DNA of 64,000 nt, taken from the NCBI GenBank assembly GCA_000091205.1, contig AP006484.2, one strand, 5' to 3'. The notes beneath the pieces were generated by a model, which had not been told where the DNA came from, searched no databases, and worked only from the letters and a program-made list of their open reading frames with translations. Of this stretch, positions 21,301 through 32,100 are shown piece by piece (position 1 is the first letter of the stretch; the number at the start of each line of letters is the position of its first letter). The translations under genes were made by a program, and so were the position numbers. This DNA comes from Cyanidioschyzon merolae. Taxonomy: Eukaryota.

Positions 21301-22199
21301 TTCGATTTCCTTTTACTGATTTCCAGCTTCAAATAAAGCGGCCTCTCCTGTCCTGACAACTCCGTTGTCAGCAGTTGAAGGGTGCAAATAGCGGCGTTTA
21401 ACTCGCCTTTTCATAGCTTCTGGTTAATTTTGAAGCATTTCACGCACAGGCGAAATTTATTCTCTACACTGCACGTGCTTTTTTCATCATGTTTAGATAA
21501 CGCCTTGGCGCACCGTTTGCAGCTGTGAAACATCGATACGGCCAAGTGTTCCCATACATCCACTACAAATCCTCCTCCGGACGGTGCTCTGCGGCGCGCG
21601 AATCCTTGCTTCATCACTTTTAAAGTCCTTAACAGTGTAGACCACCTGGATGCCCTCTGTTTCAGCACCCAGTGCCGCGCGCCTGGATCATGGGCTCCCT
21701 CTGAGCATTCCCCTCGGCAAGTTTGCTGTGTGCTGTACGTGCAAGCGCATATTGCTCTATTCGATGGAGGATTTGTGGAACGCGATTTCACCCATTCTAA
21801 ACCAATTTCCGGAAGGTAAGTCCAGAGTGGAGAACAGATCGAGAACTTTGGATCTGTCTACGCTTCTTTCTTGCGAGGCTGGGACGCACCTTCCACGGGA
21901 AGCTATCTCAATTACGTCTTAAGTCCATTCCACGGCTCTTCTCCATAAAAAACAGAAGAACCGCAAGCTTCCGGGATCATGTCCTGTGAAAGCATCACGC
22001 AAGAGCCGAAAGCATTTTCGTATACAGCCAGAAAAAGAGAAGCATATCTTTATCAGGTAAAATCAGTTATTGGCATAACGGGTTTTTTGAAAGTTCGAGA
22101 TGAGCTTGAGACCATGTCGCCAAGGAGCGGCTTCGGGCTTTTTCTTTCCTCGTAAATCCGGCGACACGAATTGTCCCGCCAACGAGTGCGTTGAAATAG

Positions 22200-22430
22200 A
22201 AAGTTCGAAAGCTGAGAGCACGCATGATCTGTGCAAGCGACTCGTGAGGAACGAGGAAAACAGGACATTTTTTGGAACAAATTGTTTAGTATTATAGGTT
22301 ATTTTACGAGCCCTTGCTCGAGCGCGTCGCGAATCATCTTGATGACGGGAAGGCATCGAATTCCGGTGGCGGAGACTCGAGGAAGTCACCCCGCATACCT
22401 GATGCAGAATTTGGAAACTGCATTTTAGTT
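22200..22430 (+). repeat. Solo copy of the conserved 3-prime non-coding module of the TnpB/Fanzor-like element family
   Basis: Alignable by eye to 40945-41200 (Rep1a), 28640-28880 (downstream of copy D) and 37430-37570 (downstream of copy E). Shared core: TATTTTAcgAGCCCttGcTCGAGCGCGTCGCGAAtCATCTTGATgACGG...CATCGAATTCCGG...AGACTCGgAGGaaTCAC. Confidence 0.5.
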
Positions 22431-23080
22431 CGTGACCTCCTACAGCAGCACATCGAAGACAACTGCGGCGGATCTAAAAATCATTCGAGCAAAATACCAC
22501 AAGTCACGAACATCGTGATTAGTTCTGTGTTTCATTTCCATTTGACACTGATGTAGCCACGCACCGTTGCTCGCTTCACAGAAGGGGGCGTAGCTCGTGT
22601 CGTCCGCTAGCTCCAGTGCGAGAATGCCCAGTGGGTCCAACGCCAGTCGGCACGCAAGGCTTGTAAGCGAGAAAAGAGTCACTCTGCTGGTGAATTTACA
22701 CCGAGGCCAGAAGAACCGCCCTCATGCGGTGACTGCTGTGGAAAAAAAGGTCCAGACCCTGGCACTACGCTGATACCTCACCGATCCCTGTCGAGCATCC
22801 GTCACACCGTCGCACATAGAAACTGACCGGCACACGCACCTCAGATCGTACAGGAACGGGAACAAGTAGAACCGGATGGATCTCCAGGCATTCGAACGAG
22901 CACCTACATCCAGCGGCACTGCGGCGCAAGGCACATGACTTGAACAGCGAACCCGAAGCGCACGAGTGCACCATGCTTGAAATAGTCATTTTGTTCATGG
23001 TTACTTTGCAGGCTCATGATTCCTTTTGCCGATCGCTGCGTGACTCGGTTATACAGAGAATGCTAGACCGTCTTTTTTAT

Positions 23081-26000
23081 TCACTGAAGACCAAAGCCCT
23101 GCGCATTCTTTATCGCTGTGTCCAGCATTGCACGCATTTTCTCTCGAGACGAGTAATCCGGCAAAAGCAAAACGTTGAAGCACGTATGCGCAGTCGGTAA
23201 TCGGTCTGTGTCTGCACCTGCTCGCTGGATAACAAAGTGCAGTTTGCCCAGGCCACCCACCGGGGCGCGGTCGGAGCCAGTGACAAAGGCTAGTAACCTG
23301 CGCCGATCATCCTCCTTCATGTTGTCGTGAACAATGGACCAAAACCACCGAACAGCCAGCGACTCCGACGTGTATCCACCTTCGTATTTGGTGACGCGCT
23401 CAAGAGCGTGAAAATCAAGTTCTGGTTCACCTCGAACGACAATCTCCAGTTCGTCTGGCGAAAACAGCATGAGCGCTACGCCCCGGGAAAGCATCATCGA
23501 AAATCCCGCCGCGAACGCGTCAAACTGTTCGCGAACAGAGTCAACGAGGAGATATCTGGCATATAATCGCACGAACTCTTGCCTATTTTCTCTCGTGACA
23601 GGAATATTTCGGCCATTCGGAACAAGATCGTAAGTGCGGATTTCGCCCCAGTAGTTATAATCAATGGAGAAGGTCAAACCGAAAACGTCCTCGACAGGCT
23701 CCTTGCCTTCGTACGCCAGCAGCTGCTGTAGCGACTGCGCTACTCGCGGAAAAGCGTCTCGGAGGTCCGCTACGTCCACCGACATACCTAGCAGGCGCTT
23801 GTACAAAATCGGTGGAAAATGCACTTCGAGTATGATGCCGTTGTAAACAGCCAGCCCGATCAGCAACCCAACGAGCATGAATTCGATCTTGGATTCAAAG
23901 CTGTGGGGATTAAACCATATGTATCTCGTCTCGGCGTCGTACTGAAACATCCCGTAATCGGGCGATAGGAGTTTCTCCATGAGCATCATCATGTACTCCT
24001 TGCGAACGCCACCTTCATCGACAGCCGGTTCACCAATGAACTCAACGCGAAGCGGTTTCAACAAATCCCGCGAATCTAGAGATCGGATGCAGACCAGCGT
24101 ATCACTCACGATGTGCTCTCGCCGCACCCTCAGCACGCAGAAGGTGTCAGCTCCGAGCGGCTGCCCGATGATTCCAAAAGGCATCGGCAAAACGTGCTGG
24201 AAAAATGCTTGCATTTGCTCCGAATGCTGTGTGACGCGTGCTTCCTCGTGGAGAATGCGTGCTTTCGCTGCCTGATCGATGAGAAACGGAGCATCCTTGC
24301 AGAATGAGAAGCTCTCGGGGGCTCGACGCCAACGTTCATAGTCAGTCCAAAGGTCGACTATATTCGAAACTGCATCATTATAGAAAACAGTCCGCGGGAG
24401 GCGGTCACCAGCCGCTCGGTGGACTAGTTCCAGAAATTTCGCCGCAGTGATCGTCGCCTGCGATACGCGCTTCGTTGCCCGCAGAGATATAGATATCAGA
24501 TCATTCATCGGTGTTACAAAGCGCTGGATAATCAGCTCTGCTGGAGCCTCCCGCAGCGAGTTAACCACTCGTTCCAAGGCGCCCGTGGTGCAACGCATCA
24601 ACAAGCTCAGTGCGCGCGATAGAAGTGCCGGTGAGCGGTTCTGTGCGTCTGCGTCCGCAAAGATAGGATTCTGAATCAGCGCCAGCATCGCTAGAGCTGC
24701 CTCGGGATACCTACGAGCGGTAGGATCTCGACCGCAGGCTTCTCGTGCATCCACGGGCGGACGATGTTGAACAGGAAAAGGTGGCGTCCAGAGAACGCTC
24801 TCGTTGAACGTCGATGACACATTCGGAGCTTCAGTGTACTCTTGCAGCATCTTGGCATCACCCATTGCCAGGATCGCCAGATACACTTGCTCTCTCGCCA
24901 GGTTATAGAGTGTTGCCTTGGATCTCTGGGGCGTTGCATAGAATCGCTCCACTGCACGCAAATCTATCGAAGGCGCTGGTGAGCCTTTCTGTAAGAATGG
25001 CGAGCCCCTGGGTGCCAGCGGGCGATACACAGGTATCGGCACTTGGCGATCGCTCGGACATACGACGCCGTACGTTCGATTACCGCTCGCACTTACGCCG
25101 CACCAGATAAGCTTCCCGGCATCTGACGCAAGGCTGAGAAGGTTTCTAGTCGCGCCAGCCAGGTGCTCTCCGTCTTCGCTTTCTGGATCGACTTGCAAAG
25201 CAGCTACACGTAAACGAGGCGCCTGGATAGGCAGTGGACGGAGCTTGTCGGAGACGTCACCGTCACCAAGCTGACCCGACTCGCCTGCGCCCCAAGCATA
25301 GAGGGTCCCCTCGGCATCAAGGGCGAGCGAGTGGGAGTCGCCTGCCGCTATAGCGACAATATGTTTGTCAACCAGCGGGCCGTGCACAACGGTCACTGTG
25401 GATATGTCTGCCGTAGAACCATGGCCTAGCTGACCGTTGCGTCCACCACCAACGGAAACGACCTTTCCCGATGCCGTGAGAATCAATGTGTGACGGGCAC
25501 CACATGCGACGTCTACGTAAACGTCATTCGGAAGGGCCAGCGGCACTCTCGTGGGCTGCAGAACAAATGCTGCTCCGTTGGTTGCGGCTGGGTTACCTAG
25601 CTGACCATCTCGGTTGTCTCCAAATGTGAAACACGATCCCGATGAAGTAATCAGCGCAACGTGATACGCACCAGAGGCAATCCTGCACACAGGTTGACCG
25701 TAGAGAGCGTGAATACGCCTTATATTCGTGAGTATGCTGGGCTTTGTCGACACAGTGCCGTCCGGGTTAGTTTCGGCAGGATTGGGGTTCCCTCCAAGGA
25801 AGCATTCGCCCGCCCAGCTGAGCGCCAAAAAGTGATGCCGTCCGGCGGCTACTTGCACGATCTTGTAGTCCCCGAGTTCAGAGACGCGATCGATTTGCAC
25901 CCTACCTTCTTCAGACTGCAGAATATAGTAAAGTGACCCATCGCGCCCTACAGCAAAAGCCACGTGCGCACTGCACGCTACTGAAACGCACTCCGTGGGC

Positions 26001-26437
26001 AGAGCCAACCGCGCCGGGGTCCCCGACTCACTGAGGAAAAACAAGGTACCCGGGCGCGTGAGCACAACCGTAAAATTTGTACCACCCACCGCGTATACTG
26101 GCTCAGGAATGGAGGCTAGAGCCCACTCAGTGGAGCTCGAGAAAGGAGGCTGCAGACGCGGAACTGCAACTACGTTGCCCAGGGACACCGCTCCCCAGAC
26201 GAGGAGGTGCGTTAGCAGCGGTTCGGTCTGGGGCCACTGCACAGTTGCAGCACATGACGCTTCCCCGCGCTCGATTTCAGAATCAGAAACAGACAGACAA
26301 GGCGTCGTCTGCTCCGTAACGCCCTGCGGGGCCGCTTCCGACTCGTCTCCGGAGCTCTGCTTTCGAGCTGCTCCTTCACTACGCTGCTCTGGGTCGGTCA
26401 AGAAAGGTTTTTCGTCCATTACACCTAAATGATGCAC
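23081..26437 (-). CDS. HERC-like E3 ubiquitin ligase: N-terminal RCC1 repeats (about 25177-26197) and C-terminal HECT domain (about 23081-24130)
   Basis: RCC1 blades (CGARHTLILTASGKVVSVGGGRNGQLGHGS; AGDSHSLALDAEGTLYAWGAGESGQLGDG). HECT C-lobe ending HTCFNVLLLPDYSSREKMRAMLDTAIKNAQGFGLQ, with the catalytic Cys in HTCFN. Confidence 0.8.
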   Translation of the reverse strand: MHHLGVMDEKPFLTDPEQRSEGAARKQSSGDESEAAPQGVTEQTTPCLSVSDSEIERGEASCAATVQWPQTEPLLTHLLVWGAVSLGNVVAVPRLQPPFSSSTEWALASIPEPVYAVGGTNFTVVLTRPGTLFFLSESGTPARLALPTECVSVACSAHVAFAVGRDGSLYYILQSEEGRVQIDRVSELGDYKIVQVAAGRHHFLALSWAGECFLGGNPNPAETNPDGTVSTKPSILTNIRRIHALYGQPVCRIASGAYHVALITSSGSCFTFGDNRDGQLGNPAATNGAAFVLQPTRVPLALPNDVYVDVACGARHTLILTASGKVVSVGGGRNGQLGHGSTADISTVTVVHGPLVDKHIVAIAAGDSHSLALDAEGTLYAWGAGESGQLGDGDVSDKLRPLPIQAPRLRVAALQVDPESEDGEHLAGATRNLLSLASDAGKLIWCGVSASGNRTYGVVCPSDRQVPIPVYRPLAPRGSPFLQKGSPAPSIDLRAVERFYATPQRSKATLYNLAREQVYLAILAMGDAKMLQEYTEAPNVSSTFNESVLWTPPFPVQHRPPVDAREACGRDPTARRYPEAALAMLALIQNPIFADADAQNRSPALLSRALSLLMRCTTGALERVVNSLREAPAELIIQRFVTPMNDLISISLRATKRVSQATITAAKFLELVHRAAGDRLPRTVFYNDAVSNIVDLWTDYERWRRAPESFSFCKDAPFLIDQAAKARILHEEARVTQHSEQMQAFFQHVLPMPFGIIGQPLGADTFCVLRVRREHIVSDTLVCIRSLDSRDLLKPLRVEFIGEPAVDEGGVRKEYMMMLMEKLLSPDYGMFQYDAETRYIWFNPHSFESKIEFMLVGLLIGLAVYNGIILEVHFPPILYKRLLGMSVDVADLRDAFPRVAQSLQQLLAYEGKEPVEDVFGLTFSIDYNYWGEIRTYDLVPNGRNIPVTRENRQEFVRLYARYLLVDSVREQFDAFAAGFSMMLSRGVALMLFSPDELEIVVRGEPELDFHALERVTKYEGGYTSESLAVRWFWSIVHDNMKEDDRRRLLAFVTGSDRAPVGGLGKLHFVIQRAGADTDRLPTAHTCFNVLLLPDYSSREKMRAMLDTAIKNAQGFGLQ

Positions 26438-26654
26438 AAAAACCGATAAGACTTTATTTGGAGCTTCCCAATGCTTTTCAGTACCTTAACGATAACTCCT
26501 GAGACCCTCAGGAACATGACATTCCAAGGTATTTCCGACTCATCACCCCAAGGTACGCTTGATCTCATTTCTCGCGCTTCGGTAAACTTCGCGGCTTTCG
26601 ATGAGCGCCGATCGCGATGGATGCCCTAACGAAGGCAGTCTGGATGGTTATCGT

Positions 26655-28900
26655 CATTCAACTCAATTCTGTTTCACACTGCTGTGTGGATTCGTATGCG
26701 TTTTCGGAATTTGTAACAGGCGATCGACATCACGATGCAATGTACCCTATGGATTGTAGACGAATTGCCAGTCGGATGTATTTATCACTGAACAGCGCAT
26801 GGAGGACTGCATTCCTCGTGCAGCTCAGCTGTACCGCGATACTTAGATGGTCGAGGAACTCTTACAGAACCAAGAACCTGCGCCCCATTGTAAAAAACTG
26901 ATATTCTCGAAGACTAATTTCGGTCGATGGCGGAGAACGACGTGTCGTTGAGTTCAATGAAAAGCAAGAATGGACGATAGTAGCCATCATTGTCGTCTCT
27001 GTAGTCCAGCAGCTTGTTCGTGTAGATCTGAAAACACTGGGATACAAGCGCCAACAAGAGTCCTGGTCCACGCACGGCTATCTTCCACCGAAATCGAAAA
27101 GACAGTGTTCCTGGAACGTTCTGGTCGGCACGATACGGGGATTCGTCAGTTCGTTTTCCCGGTCGATGATACTTCCCACGGACGAGACGGTGAGCGCGTT
27201 AAAGGGTATTCGAGGAGATGGAGTCCGTTCACTGTACGATCGAACTCGTGGATAGCGACCACGTCCTGTGTTCTGGCTGCAGTAGACTCAAGTTGCGGCC
27301 TCAGTTTCGCTTGTACAGAAGGTTCATCCAACCGCATCCACTTTGCCGAATCATTGAAGACTTTCCCTGATGTCTGGCGAAGTTCTTCTACTACACAACG
27401 TTGTATTTCTCAATTCCCCATGCGTTTGAGCTTTTACCGATTCTTTTGGAAAACAGCAGCTTTTTATTCCTCCGTACACTCCGTGGTGGGGGTCCACGGA
27501 AGGGCATTTTTTGTGCAAAGTAATATTCGCTGCACTGGGAAAGTCGCTAAAGCGTTCAGCGCAAGGTGACGCCAAGGTACATTCCGTCTTTCTTCCGCAA
27601 GTCCTTCTCCCCCGGGAAGGTCCTCACGTAAGAGTAGAAAGAAGTGCGTTCATTGTAAAGAAACAAAAACCCGAGGAAAAGTATTGAGAAGCAAGTCGGG
27701 GATCCCGGAGGCTTGGTGTCGCCGGATTTCCACAAAAAAAAATGTGAAAATCCTCTCCTCGCCGACCATCGAGCGAAGAAGAGCGAGTGACGAAGAGGAA
27801 GAAGAAATGTATTGGGGGATATGCAAGAAAAGATGTTTGTCCAACGGTACGATGACGAGACTGTAATGGCACAGAGGGCACGAGTTCTATGAATCCTTGC
27901 ATCGATGAGTTCCACCGGAGGCAATAAATACATAGAGCTCTTGAATCGGAACTTCAGTGCTGCCATCAACATTAGGAGATGTGCGATCCTGAAGACGAGG
28001 CTCAAAGAGCTGATGCGATCCAACACCATGGGATAGCCTCTCAGGTTCGAATTGTGCCAGGATAAACTAAAAGCAATAGCGGGCGGCCGGTCGAGAAAGG
28101 CTGGCAGGTGTCTGTGAATGGACACGTATTTACCATCCACGTTCGTGAGACATTTTTGTTTCACTGAAATTCATGTTTTTTGCACACACAAGCACACGCT
28201 GCGTCATTCGATAGAAAATTATCGGAAAGCGATGTTGTCCAAAACGGAATAAATGACGGGAGCAAAAACCAGACCCGAGAACGAGTCGAGAAACTGCGAT
28301 TCGTTAATGCTCCCCTCGTGTTAAGCGCTGATGCACCCTTCACCGTTAGCGATCACCTCGACGCCGCAATTCCCAACTCAAGACCAATCTCGATGCAAAC
28401 AGAACAGGAGGGAGCCTCTGCAAGCATATCCCTTTAGAGTTATTATGCAGCTTTTGAGTGCCGTTTGGTGCATAGCCATGAATGGACGCGTATTTTTCTG
28501 ACGAATTGAATCAATCATTTAACGTGACAAGTTTCGAGAACCTCCGGCTTGAGCTCGTAAACAAGCCGCCAATAAACTTAGTCGAGTATGCATTCTCGCC
28601 AATCCAGCGGCGCGAAATGCTGCCCCCACATATTGTCTTGAAGCACCAAGATCGAAAACTTGAAGCATGGGTGATTTGAATAGGCGACACGTAAGGAGTG
28701 GAGAGGACCATATACTAATACACTAGAATCGGGTACTTATTCCCATTATTTTACGAAATCTTGTCCGATTGCGTCGAAATCCACCTTGACTCCGGTGCAG
28801 TAACAAATTCCAGCAGCAAAGCATCAAACGAGCCACCGCGAAAAGACGTCTGAGAATGCTCGAATTCCTTTGATTTCGTAAGGCGTAATTGCTGCACCTC
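26655..28900 (+). mobile_element. TnpB/Fanzor-like element copy D (subfamily 2), degenerate ORF plus about 0.8-kb 3-prime non-coding region, inserted between the divergent HERC and ATAD2 genes
   Basis: Left end TTCAACTCAATTCTGTTTCACAC is homologous to the Rep2 left end TTCATCTCAATTTTGTCGCACCC. Internal ...KGIRGDGVRSL... and C-terminal LNRNFSAAINIRRCAILKTRLKEL (RuvC-III)...AGRCL*. The downstream region 28478-28900 carries the conserved 3-prime module. An internal 16-bp direct repeat GAATGGACRCGTATTT at 28117 and 28478 flanks a 345-bp segment. Confidence 0.55.
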
Positions 28901-29186
28901 GAATTCCAAGTGTATATAGTTCTATAAGATAAATAGGAAAGAACTGATCCGCTGGAACAACGTGAACAACTCAGTGTTCCGTTTTTTTCTGACACAGGTG
29001 TTGTCCCCTCTGAGGAGATCATGGGAGCCCGCCCCTTCTCTGCCACGAAACAGCACGATCGCGGTGTCACGCATGAATCGCCAAATGGCGCGCATCTTCG
29101 CCTTGCTGAAGCGTGCATGGTTCAGGTGCGCTCTCTGGGTCTGCATCCCAGCAACTTGAGGGACTTCTACGGCGATAGAGCGTCTC

Positions 29187-32100
29187 ATGGATGCTTGTGC
29201 AAGACACAAGCGCTTAAGGAGACTCGATAATGTCCAGTCAGGTAGTTTTGGACCGGATGAGAGCCTTAGAGGAGTGCGTGAAACGCGCGAGTCTGTGTCC
29301 ACTGGACAGAGGCCTTTGCACTTTAAACTGCCTCGAAATCGGGAAGCTCGAAGTCTCATTATCGCGCAGAATCGTCTTGAAAGCTCCTTGGGTTCAGTGC
29401 AGGTTTCTCGCAAGGACTTGAGCTCAGCTTCTGCGCTTCAGCACGGCCGCTACACGCTTCGGCGGAATCGCGGCCGCGTGCGGTACGCTGACCAGCAGTC
29501 CTCTTCAGAGGAGGTCGCGAGCTCTTCAAATGAGTCTTCCCGAGTGGAAATGAAATATGCAAGGACCAAAAGATCGAGAAGAACCATGCGTAAGTGGTCT
29601 CAAGGTTTCAGCGAGCCTCAGACTCGCCGACGACGTGCGACGTGGAACTCGTCGGACAGCTCTTACGAACCGCAAGAATCTGGGAGGCGCACAGGTAGGC
29701 GGAAAGCTCGAGACTCTTCTGATCTGATTGATAATGAATGTACTTCGAGCGAGGAGGTTAACGCGATGTTCGCTGAGGCGGAAGAGAAGGAACTTGCAGA
29801 AGAGGAAGAGCTCGAGAAACAGATGGAGCGCGAGCATATTGTAGTATCTAGCAGTGACGGTTCGTCGCAGGAATCAGATGACCCTGAAGATGACGATTTC
29901 AAATACCTTGAGCCGCGACGATCCAGGCTGAGAGCGCGACATACGATGATATCGGCAAAACCTGCATTGTCCGCAAGTGGAGCGGAGGCTTGTAGGGAGC
30001 CCCCCTCCGTGGAAAGAGGCACAAAAGGAGGATCAAACAAGACTATAAGAGAGCTCAATACCAGGACAGAACGAGCGTTTGGAGTGAATCCACTGCTTCG
30101 TAGCTTTTCTCGCTCTCGCCCTGTGGACTTGGACTCCGACTCAGACGCTGTGGATCTCGACGAACACACATGGGGTGAACGCGAACGTCGCCGCCTTATC
30201 TCCTCCAAGAACAGTATACAGCCCGTCAACATGGAGCTAGGCGGTACAACGAGTGGTAGCCTCGCCGGAAGGAGCCCCTTTCGTGGTGTCTCTTCAGAGA
30301 ATACGGGTAAGGCTGCTGTTGAACCGGTGAAGATAGACCCAACGCTTAGCTGGGAGCAGATTGGAGGTCTGGACGACTACATTCGAGCGCTCAAAGAAAT
30401 GATTGTTTTACCACTTCTGTATCCCGAGGTCTTTGAGCAGTTCAAGCTGGAGCCACCGAAAGGCGTGCTGTTTCACGGACCTCCTGGCACTGGCAAGACT
30501 TTGATGGCTCGTGTCCTTGCAGCAGCATGCGCGGCAGGTACACGAACTCCAGTAGCATTTTTTATGCGGAACGGTGCAGACTGCCTCTCCAAGTGGGTCG
30601 GAGAAGCGGAACGCCAGCTGAGATTAACCTTTGAGGCGGCCAAATCACACCAGCCAGCGATTATTTTTTTCGACGAAATAGACGGCCTTGCTCCAGTACG
30701 GTCCAGCAAACAAGACCAGATTCATTCGAGCATCGTCTCGACGCTGCTAGGCCTCATGGATGGGTTGGACGCCCGTGGGCAGATCATTGTTATCGGAGCG
30801 ACGAATCGCATCGACGCTGTGGATCCAGCACTACGACGCCCTGGTCGTTTCGATCGTGAATTCGTCTTCAGTTTGCCGAACACCGCAGCCCGCAGACGGA
30901 TACTTGAAATACATACCCGTGACTGGATGGAGCCGCCCCCGCGAGAACTGCTAGATAGCCTGGCAAAGCACACTGCGGGTTATTGCGGTGCGGATCTGAA
31001 AGCGCTCTGCTCTGAGGCTGCCCTTTATGCTCTGCGGCGTCGGTATCCTCAAATATACAATTCGGTGGAAAAGTTACTCATTGATCCACGACGAGTCCAG
31101 GTAGGTGAAAGCGATTTCATCAGTGCGATGTCCATGGTCGTACCGACTGCACACCGCTCTTTGCGCGTTTTTGGTCGACCGCTCGACAAGGAGCAATCCA
31201 TCCTCCTTGGCCACGAGCTGGAAATGATTGTACAGCGCACTCGTGAAATGAGCATGCGTTCTCTGTCAGGCAAAGGAGGGCGGTTGCTGATTTATGGTGC
31301 CCCAGGAAATGGACAGACGATACTGGGGCAAGCCCTACTGCACGAAATGGAGGATCGTGTTCTGTATACCATGGATTTGCCCTCTCTGGTTGCCGATGCG
31401 TCGGCTCGTACACCAGAAGAGGCACTTGTAACGACGTTTCGTGAAGCATTGCGATGCCCGGCTGCTGTCATGTATATACCGCACCTCGAGCTATGGGCAG
31501 GGCAACATCGAGAATTCCTACGGAGTTTGTTGCTCGTGAATTTACGGGACCTACATCGAGACTCGCCTCTCTTTGTGTTCGCGACTGCGGAAACTGACCG
31601 GGATTTGCTTTTAGCAACTCAAGAATCCGCGTCGCTAACAAGATGCGATGATGAAGTCGAACCGGACCTCGCAGAGATCTGTGAATTCTTTGTGGCAGAG
31701 AGCGACGCTGCATACTTTGTAGGGAGTCCACCAGAACATGCGCGTCGGCGCCTGTTCGAACCCCTGATCCAGCAAGCAGCATCACCACCGAGCTGTGAGG
31801 CGGACTCGCGCGAAGCCGCCACCGTCGACCCGCAGGTGCTTGAGGAACTACCGCGCGCACCCATTCCTAATTCCCCAAAAGCAAATCCGCGAGAAAAAGA
31901 TCGTCTCATACAGCGCGAGGAACGCACTCTTCGCGAACTGCGACTTCTTATGCGTGACTTTGTGGAGCGCCTTCTTTCCGATCGAAAGTATAAGCCATTT
32001 TGGAAACGAGTGTCCTCGTCAGAGGCTCCTGACTATTACGAATTGGTGAAAGATCCGATAGATCTTTCCACAATTTTGGACCGGGTGAACGCTCAAGAAA

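Noticed and set aside
21411-21791. 126-aa minus-strand ORF ending in a CxxC...CxxC zinc-ribbon-like tail (MFHSCKRCAKAL...CVKCFK)
   Set aside because: Only the last 40 residues look protein-like and the remainder is low complexity. No confident family assignment, so left unannotated.
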